Assembly: GCA_043799545.1 (NCBI GenBank)
Contig: JAZDNO010000003.1
Coordinates: 1 to 38,940, forward strand
Length of the DNA stretch: 38,940 bases
Reading direction: 5' to 3'
Source of the DNA: Methanobacteriota archaeon
GTDB lineage: Archaea; Thermoplasmatota; Thermoplasmata; SG8-5; DAIRED01
The translations under genes were made by a program, and so were the position numbers. The notes beneath the pieces were generated by a model, which worked only from the letters and a program-made list of their open reading frames with translations, was not told where the DNA came from and ran no database searches. This document shows, in pieces, positions 15,783 to 24,596 of this stretch (within the stretch, counting starts at the first letter, position 1; every line of letters begins with the position of its first letter).

Positions 15783-17408
15783 TCACGCGGTTATCGGTTT
15801 CCCGTACTCCGGCACCTCCACCCTGATTTTGGGTCCGCCCGAGTCGGCTATCTCCCGTGCCAGCTCCGCGAACATCTCGGGGTGGTTTGTGTGAATCGGC
15901 ACTAGGACTTTCGGCGCCACCTTCGCAATCAGCTCCTTCAGTTCCGGGCGTGAGGCGTGCCCGGAGACGTGCGAGCGGTCTATTCGCTCCCGAAGCTTCT
16001 CGCAGGAAGGATTGGCGCAATCGGGGGGAACTGGCGTACCGCCAGCGTCGAAGCCGATGCCGAACTTCTTCAGCCACTCGATGAGGCGCTCCTCGTCGAT
16101 TTCCATCTCGTCCGAGAACGGTTCGCATTGCGCCTTGATGAACCAGGAGCCTGGCAGTTTTCCATCGTCGTCTATAATGTCGAAGAGCTGGCCCAGGTCG
16201 TAGTACGAGAACATCATGACGTATTCGCCTGGGTTCGCGCGAATCTCGTCCGCGAGCGCGCCGTTCTCGTAGTGGCAGTTCGGCGAGTCCGGCAGCCCCA
16301 GCTCGTAACCGTCGTAATCCTTCGGCGAGTACAGGGCCGAGGTGTGCCTCTTAAGGAAGACCCGGACTAGCTCGTCCTCCGCGGGGTACGTGCCCAGCCT
16401 GTAAAGAAGGCGGGCGAGCCGCGCGTTGATTACCAATGTCCTACTAGCCTTCTTCGCAGCGTCACGCACGGTCTCGTATCTGGTCGTATCCTTCCATCCG
16501 AAATCCACGAGAACGAGCCCGCTGGCCGTTGATACTTTTTCAGCGATGCGGAGCTCTATCTCCTTCTCCGTGAGCTTCTTGTCCGAATCGATTCGAGTGC
16601 CCTCGCAAATCATCAAGTCGACGTGGCCGATCCTGGCGGCAAACGCGTCGACAGTCATCGGCTTGGTGCCGTGGAACCTGATGTCGCCCGTGTAGAGTAT
16701 CCTTTTATTCTCTGTTTCGATGATGTAGCTGGCCGCGCCCGGGACGGAGTGGTCCACCTCGACGAGCGTTACGCGCATGCCGCCTATGTTCCGCGTCTCC
16801 CCGTCCGCCATCGTGAAGCAATTCCTCGCCGTGCCCTCCTTGGCGATTTTCGGAATCCCCTCCAGCCCCTCCTTCTTGTAAAAGGCCACGTAAGGGACCT
16901 TCGATTCCAGCGCCTCGGTCTTGAACATGAGTATTTCGTCGATGGTCTCGATGACCGTTTTTGTGTCCTTTGTGCAATACAGCGGGATGGCCGTGTCGAG
17001 GTAGCCTATCGCGCCGACGTGGTCCAGGTGGGCGTGCGAGACGAACAATGCCTCGGCGAACGGCTTTCCCTCCATCGCCAGCCACTCGCCGTAAGTCTGA
17101 ACGCTGTGACCGAAGTGTCTGGAACCCTTAGTCAGGATGTGCCTGTGCCTGTCGTTCGAAAGCAGCTCCGCGCCCGCAGGCTCGAACAGGCGTTGGTTGT
17201 AGATTCCGGGGATTACCGGCAGCGCCCCCAGAGTCAACCTGTCCCGCAGCTCCGTATTCGTTCTGGGATTGAGGAAATTCGAGAAGTATGTGGAGTCGAA
17301 ACTCATGCGGGAGCCGAAGTCCAAGAGGATGCGGGAGCATCCCCCCTCGACGAGTATCTGGTTGCCCCCGACCTCGCCCGAACTGCCGAAGACCGTGATG
17401 GATACCAA
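15783..17408 (-). CDS. MBL-fold beta-CASP metallo-hydrolase, RNase J-like
   Basis: GEVGGNQILV, LDFG, SHAHLDHVG, DHSVPGA, YTGDIRFHG, HVSGHA, PIH. TTG start at 17408 inferred (the ORF track starts at 17453). Confidence 0.85.
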   Translation of the reverse strand: MVSITVFGSSGEVGGNQILVEGGCSRILLDFGSRMSFDSTYFSNFLNPRTNTELRDRLTLGALPVIPGIYNQRLFEPAGAELLSNDRHRHILTKGSRHFGHSVQTYGEWLAMEGKPFAEALFVSHAHLDHVGAIGYLDTAIPLYCTKDTKTVIETIDEILMFKTEALESKVPYVAFYKKEGLEGIPKIAKEGTARNCFTMADGETRNIGGMRVTLVEVDHSVPGAASYIIETENKRILYTGDIRFHGTKPMTVDAFAARIGHVDLMICEGTRIDSDKKLTEKEIELRIAEKVSTASGLVLVDFGWKDTTRYETVRDAAKKASRTLVINARLARLLYRLGTYPAEDELVRVFLKRHTSALYSPKDYDGYELGLPDSPNCHYENGALADEIRANPGEYVMMFSYYDLGQLFDIIDDDGKLPGSWFIKAQCEPFSDEMEIDEERLIEWLKKFGIGFDAGGTPVPPDCANPSCEKLRERIDRSHVSGHASRPELKELIAKVAPKVLVPIHTNHPEMFAELAREIADSGGPKIRVEVPEYGKPITA

Positions 17409-17521
17409 AGCGGCACTCTCCCTATCTCGCAGCCCGATGGAAGAGCGGGGCATTAAGGTTTACACACGCAATCCCCCATTTTAAGTACTCTCCGCCCCAT
17501 TCTCCTTCGGAGGGAACGGAA

Positions 17522-18034
17522 ATGGACTTGGCCGCGCTGCTCGAGACGACGCTGGACCAGACACAGCTCTACGCGCTGGCCTTCCTCCTCGGCTCGTTCG
17601 CCGTGGCCTCGCTCAGCGACGTGAGGCGCATGAGCGCCCAGCGCGAGTTTCTCGAAGTGTGGCTGCTGGTGATATTTGCGCTGCTCGCATACGACATTTA
17701 CAACATTTACCAGGGCGCGGACTGGCAGCTCGCAGCCGTCAGGTGGATTCTCATCCTGGTCTTATCCATCGCATCGCACGAGTGGACGGGGCTGCTGTTC
17801 AGCCTGGCGAGGGCGGACGTGGCCGCGTGCGCGTCCGTGGCGGTTCTGCTCTCTCCGGTTCTCATCATAGTCTTCTACGTCGTACTGAAGCTACTGGATT
17901 TCATCATGCGGCCCTTCCTGAAGGTCGTGGGCAGCGGGGACGCGTACCCGTTCATGCCCGTGGTGCTTGTGGGGACCGGGGCGACCGCAGCCTTCGTCAT
18001 CTGGGCGATGCCGTGGCTGCTGGCGCTGTTCTGA
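17522..18034 (+). CDS. Minimal A24-like (prepilin peptidase-type) membrane aspartic peptidase
   Basis: 5-6 hydrophobic helices, first Asp in SLSDVRR, second Asp in ARAD (in place of GxGD), and a C-terminal PFMP motif. Confidence 0.6.
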   Translation: MDLAALLETTLDQTQLYALAFLLGSFAVASLSDVRRMSAQREFLEVWLLVIFALLAYDIYNIYQGADWQLAAVRWILILVLSIASHEWTGLLFSLARADVAACASVAVLLSPVLIIVFYVVLKLLDFIMRPFLKVVGSGDAYPFMPVVLVGTGATAAFVIWAMPWLLALF

Positions 18035-18093
18035 GATTGCTTTCGCCGGAGAACCCACAGGTTCTCCAAGCTAAACGAATAGCCGCATCATAG

Positions 18094-18105
18094 ATTTTCA
18101 GTTTC
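18094..18105 (+). promoter_or_regulatory. Candidate DNA-damage-responsive element
   Basis: Tandem ANTTTC hexamers ATTTTC-AGTTTC, with a third ATTTTC at 18159-18164, upstream of the polB2 operon. Confidence 0.4.
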
Positions 18106-18184
18106 GCCACTTTTGCGTACCTCCCCCCCGATAGTCGGTTGAATACCCCGGAGCGCCTATTTTCCACTCCGCGCGAGGTTTCCC

Positions 18185-18934
18185 ATGAGAGCAGACGTCC
18201 ACGGTTTCGAGGGGGGGGCAGTGCCGCAGCCCGCGGCCTTCCAGCCGTGCGAGACCGCGCCCCTGCGCACCGCCACGCGCCTCGACGCACTGGCGGGCGG
18301 ATTCGAGCCGGGCCGCGTCGCCTTCATCGAGAGCACCAGCCCGTACCTCTTCCCTCTCACCACTTCGCTCTGCGTCGCTGCGGCGATGGATGGGGAGGTC
18401 GTTTTCGTGGACGGCGGGAACTCCATCCAGCCCTACGCTATCGCGAGGCTGTGCAAGGCCAGGCATATCGACGCCCGCTCCGTCCTGTCTAGAATCCGGG
18501 TCGCGAGGGCCTTCACCGCACACCAGCTCGCCACGCTCGTGGACGAGCGCCTGGACGCGGAGGTCGGTCGCAGCGGCGCCCGCACGGTCATCGTGTCGTG
18601 CATGCTTGGCATGTTCTTCGACGACGGCGTTCCGTGGAACGAGTCTTTCCAGCTCGTCAGGCGCTGCCTGGAGGAGGTCCGCGCCGTCGCCCGCGAGCGG
18701 AACTGCCGCACGGTAGTCACCCACTTCTCCCCCAAGCCCATGAGCCGCAGGTTCGGCGCGATGGTCTCCGGCCTGGTCGATTCCAGGCTCCGCCTGAGGG
18801 ACGAGGGCGAGGCGCTGGTGACGGAATCCGCGTGCGGCTCGGAGGCATTCCACGTCGGCCAGAGGCGCGCGCAGCGCACGCTCGACCAGTTTTCGGGGGG
18901 GTGGCCGGTTGGGCCGCACGCTGCCCACGTATAG
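18185..18934 (+). CDS. Inactivated RadA/RecA-fold protein of the polB2 operon
   Basis: TGFE-like LAGGFEPGRVAFI without GKT, VVFVDGGNS, IRVARAFTAHQL. Walker B is degenerate (VIVSC). C-terminal QRTLDQF. Confidence 0.8.
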   Translation: MRADVHGFEGGAVPQPAAFQPCETAPLRTATRLDALAGGFEPGRVAFIESTSPYLFPLTTSLCVAAAMDGEVVFVDGGNSIQPYAIARLCKARHIDARSVLSRIRVARAFTAHQLATLVDERLDAEVGRSGARTVIVSCMLGMFFDDGVPWNESFQLVRRCLEEVRAVARERNCRTVVTHFSPKPMSRRFGAMVSGLVDSRLRLRDEGEALVTESACGSEAFHVGQRRAQRTLDQFSGGWPVGPHAAHV

Positions 18935-19148
18935 GAACGTCGTTGAGGAGCTGGTCGCCGACTGGGACGGCTTCCGCAGGGCGCTGCGGGCTGAAGACCG
19001 CGTGCGCTTCGACGAGATGATGGCCCGCGCCAGGGAGCTCGCGTCAGCCGGCGGGCACGACGTGCGTTTGGACCCGTCCGAATCCATCTTCATGTCCATC
19101 CTGCTCGGCCACGAGAAGGAGCTGGCGGAGCTGAGGGAGCGCAGATGA
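18909..19148 (+). CDS. Small helical protein typical of archaeal polB2 operons (arCOG07300-like)
   Basis: MGRTLPTYR..W..FRRALRAEDR..FDEM...ESIFMSILL. It overlaps both neighbours (ATGA overlap with polB2). Confidence 0.8.
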   Translation: MGRTLPTYRNVVEELVADWDGFRRALRAEDRVRFDEMMARARELASAGGHDVRLDPSESIFMSILLGHEKELAELRERR

Positions 19149-21385
19149 GCGCGTGGCTCTTCGACGCGCAGGCAGACATCGCCCGCGACGAGATGCAGCT
19201 TTGGCTCTGGAGCGAGCGCGGAATCGAGAAGCGCACCGACGCAGAGTTCAGGCCTGAATTGATAGTCTGGCACGGCTCCAGGGAGGAACTACGCTCCCTT
19301 GCCGGGGACATGGAAATCATGGACTCCGTGGATTCCACGAGGCTCGTCAGGCGAAAGCTGCGGCTGGGCTCGGACAAATTATACGCGGCGCTGGCCGTGC
19401 GGCCTCGGCGGTACTCCGATTTGAGGGTGTGCGCCCGCGTCGTGGACTCGCGCGGCGGCTACCGCGACTACCAGCTCTTCAACGCTGACCTGAGGCCCGA
19501 GCAGTCGTACCTCGTTTCCAGGGGGCTCTTTCCCATGGCCAGGGTCAGGGCGAATGGGGGGATATCGCTCGACGACGAGCAGTTCGCGCTCGATTACGAA
19601 ATGCCGCATCTGCGCGAGGCCAGCCTGAGCGTCTCCACAATCGGGCGCCTGCCGTCGATGGCGTCGAAGCTCGTGTGCGTCGGGCTCGGGGACGCGAAGC
19701 TCACGGGCTCTGAGGAGGAAATCCTGCGTGCGCTGGGCGACGAGCTGCGCAAGCAAGACCCGGACGTGCTCTACACCGACGGAGGCGATTCGTTCGCGGT
19801 GCCGTACCTCCTCAAGAGAGCGGAGGCGAACGGCGTGCGCCTGGTCCTCGGGAGGGAGCCCCAGACAGTCGATTCCAGGGCGGGCCGCTCCTACTTCACA
19901 TACGGCACGATTGTCTACAAGCCGAGGGCCCAGTTGCTAAGAGGCCGCTTCCACATGGACAGGGAATCTTTCATGCTCTCGGAGGGGGGCTTCGACGGAC
20001 TCATAGACATGGCGAGGCTCTCGGGCTTGCCGATGCAGGCCGCGGCGAGGCTCACCCCAGGCAGCGCGATAAGCGCCATGCAGGTCCAGCTGGCTATGCG
20101 GGACGGCTACGCCATCGCTTGGAAGAAGAACGCGCCGGAGGACTTCAAGGGGGCGGACGAGCTGCTGATGGCCGACCGCGGAGGGATGATTTACGACCCG
20201 CGGGTGGGGCTATACGAGAACGTGGTCGAGGTGGACTTCACCTCGCTCTACCCGAACATCATGGCTCGCCACAACATCTCTCCCGAGACGCTGCTGTGCC
20301 AGTGCTGCCCCGATTCTCGCGCGCGAGTGCCAGGGCTGCTCTACAACATCTGCGAGCGTAGGCGCGGGCTGATTCCCCGCGTCGTGGAGCCGCTCGTCGA
20401 GCGCAGGATGCGCTTCAAGCGATTGATAAGGGAGGACCCAAGGAATGAAAAGATATACCTCCAGCGCGCGTCGCTCCTGAAGTGGGTGCTGGTGACGTGC
20501 TTCGGCTACACTGGCTACAGGAACTCGCGCTTCGGGCGCATAGAGTGCCACGAGGCAATCAACGCGTATGCCAGAGAGATTTTAGTTCGCACCAAGGAGC
20601 TGGCAGAATCGCACGGCTACAATGTGCTGCACGGAATCATCGACAGCATGTGGTTAAGTCAGGAGAAGAGCGACCGGCGCATGCGTCAGCGCGAACCCCG
20701 GTCAATCTCCGGCGTTCGCGAAGACGAACCGCAAGGCCGCGCAAAGGTTTCGTCAGACCATGAGTGGTTCTGCGAGCGCGTCTCCGCGGAGATAGGAATC
20801 CCCCTCGCCCTCGAGGGCGTCTACAAGTGGATTGTGTTCCTGCCGACGAGGAACACCGGGGCTGGAGCGCTCAACAAGTACTATGGGTGCTTCGAAAACG
20901 GTGAGCTTAAGGTGCGCGGAATCGAGCTGCGGAAGCACGACGCCCCTCCGGTGGTCAAAGATGCGCAGAAGGAGATGCTTGACATCCTGTCGAAGGCCGC
21001 GGATGCGGAAGGGTTCAGGGCGCTCGTCCCCGAAGCGCTCGCCGCCCTTGAGAGACGGGCGAAGGATGTCGCGGGCGGCCGCGCCGGCTTGGACCGCTTG
21101 GTGATTGCCAAGCGCATATCCAGGGGAGCCGACAGCTACGGGCAGCGCAACGACCAGGCGGCGGCTCTGCGCCTTCTCAAGGCTGCGGGCCAGGCAGTCC
21201 ACCCAGGGGAACTTGTGCGCTTCGTCCTGACGACGGACGGGGCTGTCCCGGCCGAGCTGCTACGGGGCGACGAAATCTACGACGGCGGGCGATACATTGA
21301 CCTGCTGGCCAGGGCGGGCGAATCGCTCTTCTGCTTCACAGGCCTCGGCAGGGACGCGATACAGTCTGGTTGGGGGGAGGGATGA
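19145..21385 (+). CDS. polB2: Family B DNA polymerase, PolB2 group
   Basis: Motif A VDFTSLYPNIM, motif B LKWVLVTCFGYTG, FGRIECHEAINAYAR. Motif C is altered to HGIIDS (first Asp missing), with LNKYYG and KVRGIELR downstream. The exonuclease region is degenerate. Confidence 0.9.
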   Translation: MSAWLFDAQADIARDEMQLWLWSERGIEKRTDAEFRPELIVWHGSREELRSLAGDMEIMDSVDSTRLVRRKLRLGSDKLYAALAVRPRRYSDLRVCARVVDSRGGYRDYQLFNADLRPEQSYLVSRGLFPMARVRANGGISLDDEQFALDYEMPHLREASLSVSTIGRLPSMASKLVCVGLGDAKLTGSEEEILRALGDELRKQDPDVLYTDGGDSFAVPYLLKRAEANGVRLVLGREPQTVDSRAGRSYFTYGTIVYKPRAQLLRGRFHMDRESFMLSEGGFDGLIDMARLSGLPMQAAARLTPGSAISAMQVQLAMRDGYAIAWKKNAPEDFKGADELLMADRGGMIYDPRVGLYENVVEVDFTSLYPNIMARHNISPETLLCQCCPDSRARVPGLLYNICERRRGLIPRVVEPLVERRMRFKRLIREDPRNEKIYLQRASLLKWVLVTCFGYTGYRNSRFGRIECHEAINAYAREILVRTKELAESHGYNVLHGIIDSMWLSQEKSDRRMRQREPRSISGVREDEPQGRAKVSSDHEWFCERVSAEIGIPLALEGVYKWIVFLPTRNTGAGALNKYYGCFENGELKVRGIELRKHDAPPVVKDAQKEMLDILSKAADAEGFRALVPEALAALERRAKDVAGGRAGLDRLVIAKRISRGADSYGQRNDQAAALRLLKAAGQAVHPGELVRFVLTTDGAVPAELLRGDEIYDGGRYIDLLARAGESLFCFTGLGRDAIQSGWGEG

Positions 21386-21469
21386 AAATCCTTTTGCCGG
21401 AGCTTTTTCAAAAATCTTTTTCATTGTTAAGTATAATATATTTGTGTTCATATTCTAAGCTGTCATTTC

Positions 21470-24400
21470 ATGGGTAACGAAGGTGCGAACTGGGACGAGT
21501 TTATTAAATATCTGGACCAGGTCAAGAAGCGCGAGCAGGAGCTTGACCAGAAGGACAGCGCTCTCAAGGAAGACATCCGAGTTTTTGAAGCCAGGAGCGC
21601 AGAGGTAGATTCGAAGCTGAGGGGGCTTGAAGATAAGGCGTCGGAATTGGCTGAGAAGGAAAGGCTGATTGCCGAGAGGGAGAAGTCTTTTGCAGCCCGC
21701 GAGGAGGAGATCGCCCGCAGGGGCGACGAGCTGGCGGCGGGCGAATCCGAGATGAAGAAGAAGGAAGCCGCGCTCGAGAGGGAAAACGAGGCGGCCAGGG
21801 CCAGGGAGGAGTCAATCTCCGAGAAGGAGATGCTCGCGGCCGAAATGGAGAAGGAAGCGGCGTCGAAGTTGTCCGAGGCCGCGGCCAGGAGCGACGAACT
21901 GGCTTCAAAGGAAAAATCGCTCTCGCACAGGGAGGAGGAGCTGGCGAGCAGGGATTCCACAATCAAGGAGAGGGAGGAATTCATCTCAAAGGAGGCCGAG
22001 GTCGTCAAGGCAGGGATGGAGAACCTGTCCTCCAAACAGGCCGAGGCCGCGCAGAAGGAAAGCGCCCTTGCGGAGAGGGAGGCAGGAGTTTCCGCGAGGG
22101 AAGAGGAATTGGGCGCTGCGGAGAAGTCGCTTGCCGAAAAGGACACGAACCTCGTCCCGAGGGAGAACGCCTTGGCCGAAGGCGAGAGGCGGCTCGCCGC
22201 GAAGTCGGATGACATCGGAGAAAGGGAAAAGTCGCTTGCCGAGAGGGAGGGCGCGCTGGAGCGCAGCAGAGCCGAGGTCGCCGAGAAGGAGACATCCCTG
22301 AAGGCCGATGTGGAGAGATTCGCTGCGATGCGCGACGAGTTGGAAGCCAGGGAGGCTGAACTGGCTGGAAAGGGGGACGTGCTCAAGGGGGCAGAGGCGA
22401 CCCTGAGGCAGGTCGAGGCATCGCTGTCCGCGAGAGAAACTGCCGTTGTGGAACGGGAGGGCGCGCTGGCTGGCGGGGAGGCCAAGCTGGCCGAAGATGC
22501 GAAGACATTGGAGAATCAGATGGCGGAGTTCGCCTCAAGCGAATCGTCGGTCCGGGAGAGGGAGGCCGGACTGGAAGCGCGGGAGGCGGCCATTGCGGAG
22601 AAGGAGAGCGCCTTCTCGGGCGAAGTAGATAAATTCAAAGGCGAGGCGGAACGGCTGGAACGTAGAGCAACGGAGCTGTCCGCCCTTGAAACGGAACTCA
22701 AGCAGAGGGAGGGTGCGCTGGCGGAAAAAGAATCGGATCTGGCGGGACGGGAGCAGACATTCGCTGGGGAGGCTGGCAGAATCCAGGAAGAGGCTGAAAA
22801 GCAGGAGCAGAGGGCCGCCGACCTGAAGGAGATGGAATCTTCTCTTCTCGAGAAGGAGGCGCAGCTCGCCGAGAGGGAAGCTGCCCTGAAGACAAAGGAA
22901 AAGGATTTCGAGGGCGGGCGCCAGGAGTTCGAGGCGGCCGAGGCGGAAGTCAGGGAGTTCCAGGCGACCCTGACGAAAAGAAAGGCCGAGCTGGACGAAA
23001 GGGAGGCGGCTCTGCGCGTCCGCGAGGAGGGGCTGGACAAAGGGCTGGCCGAGAGGGAGAGCCTCGTGGCCGTCAAAGAAAATGGAATTGTCGAGCGCGA
23101 GAACCTCATCGCCACGAAGGAGAAGGATGTGGCCGAGCGCGAGGCGGATTTGAAGGCGCTGGAAGAGAGGCTTGCGGGAAGCGAGGTCGCATTCGCGGCG
23201 AGGCAGAAGGAGTTGGATTCCCAATCGCAGGAGTTTGCGGCCGCCAACGATGACGTGAAATCTCTCCAGGCGACCCTGAACTCGAGGATGGCCGAGCTTG
23301 ATGCGAGGGAGGCGTCGGTTCGCGCCCGCGAGGAGGGGCTGGACAAAGGGCTGGCCGAGAGGGAGAGCCTCGTGGCCGCCAAAGAGGGGGGAATGGCGGA
23401 GCGCGAGAATCTCATGAATGCAAAGGATGCGGAGCTTGCTGCAAAGGTGAACGCCTTGGCAGAGAGGGATGCGCAGCTGGCCGAGCGCGAGAGGAAGCTG
23501 GCCTCTGACGAGTCTGGCATTTCAGAGAAGGAGAGGAACCTGCAGGAGTCGGAGGCCCGCATCCGGGAGTCCGAGCAGAGGGCCGCCGCCGAGAGGGACA
23601 ATTTGGCCGCGAGCCAGACCGGGCTTGCGAGCGCGGAGGCCCTGCAAAGGCAGCTCGACGAGCGGGGAGCGGAGCTCGAGAGGCTAAGGGCGGAGCTGGA
23701 TTCGGCGAAGGCGCAGGTCGATGGTGAAAAGGCGTCGGCGGCGGAAATGGGCGGAACGCTGGCCAGGCGCGAAACTGCGCTCGTGGAGAAAGAGACAGGG
23801 CTAGCCGCACGCGAGAGCGCGCTCGCGGAAAAGGAGGCCGCGGCGAGCCAGACCAGGGAAAAGCTCGAGACCCAGAGGCGCAACATAGAGAGAATCAAGG
23901 AAGAGATGGAGGCGAAGCTCGCCGAAGTCGAAGCGAAGAGGAAGGAGCTCGCCGCGAAGGACGCCGTCCGCGAAGCGCAACTGATGACTGAGGAAAAGGC
24001 GGAGATTGAGGCGTCGGAAGTTCCGGACACATCTCAACCGCCTGGAATCCAGGCGCCAGTCGAGCCGGAGCAGATAGAATCGGCCATAATCGTCAAGGGC
24101 CCTGAAGCGCCCGAAGAGGAAGTCCAACTTGCCGAATCGCAGGGCGATTCATCCAGTCTGGCGGAGCAAACGGTCGATGCGGAGGCGCTCGCGACGGTCC
24201 CGCCGGAGGAGATTGTAATCGCCGCAACCGACACACAGGCACTGGCGGCGGAGCAATTGCCCGACGGGCAGATCGAGTGCCCGGGCTGCAAGACTCTGCT
24301 GGACGGCGACACCGCGATGTGCTACAACTGCGGAGAGGTCATAACGAACAACATCAAGCCCGGGAACGCGGAGCCGGAGAAGCCGGCGGAGGAAACTGTG

Positions 24401-24538
24401 CCGTGCCCTGGCTGCCAGACCCTGTTGCCGAAGGGAACCGCAATGTGCTACATCTGCGGCCAGAAAATCGAAATCGAACCGGCGGACAAGGGACAGGAAC
24501 CGCCGAAGAAAGCCGTCAAAAGGATACGGGTCATCTAA
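21470..24538 (+). CDS. Giant coiled-coil protein with two C-terminal C4 zinc ribbons
   Basis: About 800 aa of near-continuous LAERE-type heptads, a Pro/Glu-rich linker, CPGCK..CYNC and CPGCQ..CYIC, and the basic tail KKAVKRIRVI. Confidence 0.85.
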   Translation: MGNEGANWDEFIKYLDQVKKREQELDQKDSALKEDIRVFEARSAEVDSKLRGLEDKASELAEKERLIAEREKSFAAREEEIARRGDELAAGESEMKKKEAALERENEAARAREESISEKEMLAAEMEKEAASKLSEAAARSDELASKEKSLSHREEELASRDSTIKEREEFISKEAEVVKAGMENLSSKQAEAAQKESALAEREAGVSAREEELGAAEKSLAEKDTNLVPRENALAEGERRLAAKSDDIGEREKSLAEREGALERSRAEVAEKETSLKADVERFAAMRDELEAREAELAGKGDVLKGAEATLRQVEASLSARETAVVEREGALAGGEAKLAEDAKTLENQMAEFASSESSVREREAGLEAREAAIAEKESAFSGEVDKFKGEAERLERRATELSALETELKQREGALAEKESDLAGREQTFAGEAGRIQEEAEKQEQRAADLKEMESSLLEKEAQLAEREAALKTKEKDFEGGRQEFEAAEAEVREFQATLTKRKAELDEREAALRVREEGLDKGLAERESLVAVKENGIVERENLIATKEKDVAEREADLKALEERLAGSEVAFAARQKELDSQSQEFAAANDDVKSLQATLNSRMAELDAREASVRAREEGLDKGLAERESLVAAKEGGMAERENLMNAKDAELAAKVNALAERDAQLAERERKLASDESGISEKERNLQESEARIRESEQRAAAERDNLAASQTGLASAEALQRQLDERGAELERLRAELDSAKAQVDGEKASAAEMGGTLARRETALVEKETGLAARESALAEKEAAASQTREKLETQRRNIERIKEEMEAKLAEVEAKRKELAAKDAVREAQLMTEEKAEIEASEVPDTSQPPGIQAPVEPEQIESAIIVKGPEAPEEEVQLAESQGDSSSLAEQTVDAEALATVPPEEIVIAATDTQALAAEQLPDGQIECPGCKTLLDGDTAMCYNCGEVITNNIKPGNAEPEKPAEETVPCPGCQTLLPKGTAMCYICGQKIEIEPADKGQEPPKKAVKRIRVI
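23020..23378 (+). repeat. Perfect 53-bp intragenic repeat (23020-23072, 23326-23378) within a 306-bp (102-codon) duplication
   Basis: CCGCGAGGAGGGGCTGGACAAAGGGCTGGCCGAGAGGGAGAGCCTCGTGGCCG occurs twice; the protein repeats REEGLDKGLAERESLVA. Confidence 0.92.
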
Positions 24539-24596
24539 CGTCGCACATTTGTCAAAGCTGGTCCAACGGCTTTACAAAATTGCATCAGGAATTTTC

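Noticed and set aside
18098-19273. 391-aa minus-strand ORF
   Set aside because: It is antisense to the radA-like/polB2 operon, with no motifs.
20654-20767. Intein in PolB2
   Set aside because: It is too short and lacks the N-terminal Cys/Ser block and the C-terminal His-Asn.
21463-24030. Long Ser/Ala-rich minus-strand ORFs (340 aa, 504 aa)
   Set aside because: They are antisense shadows of the repetitive coiled-coil gene, with no motifs.
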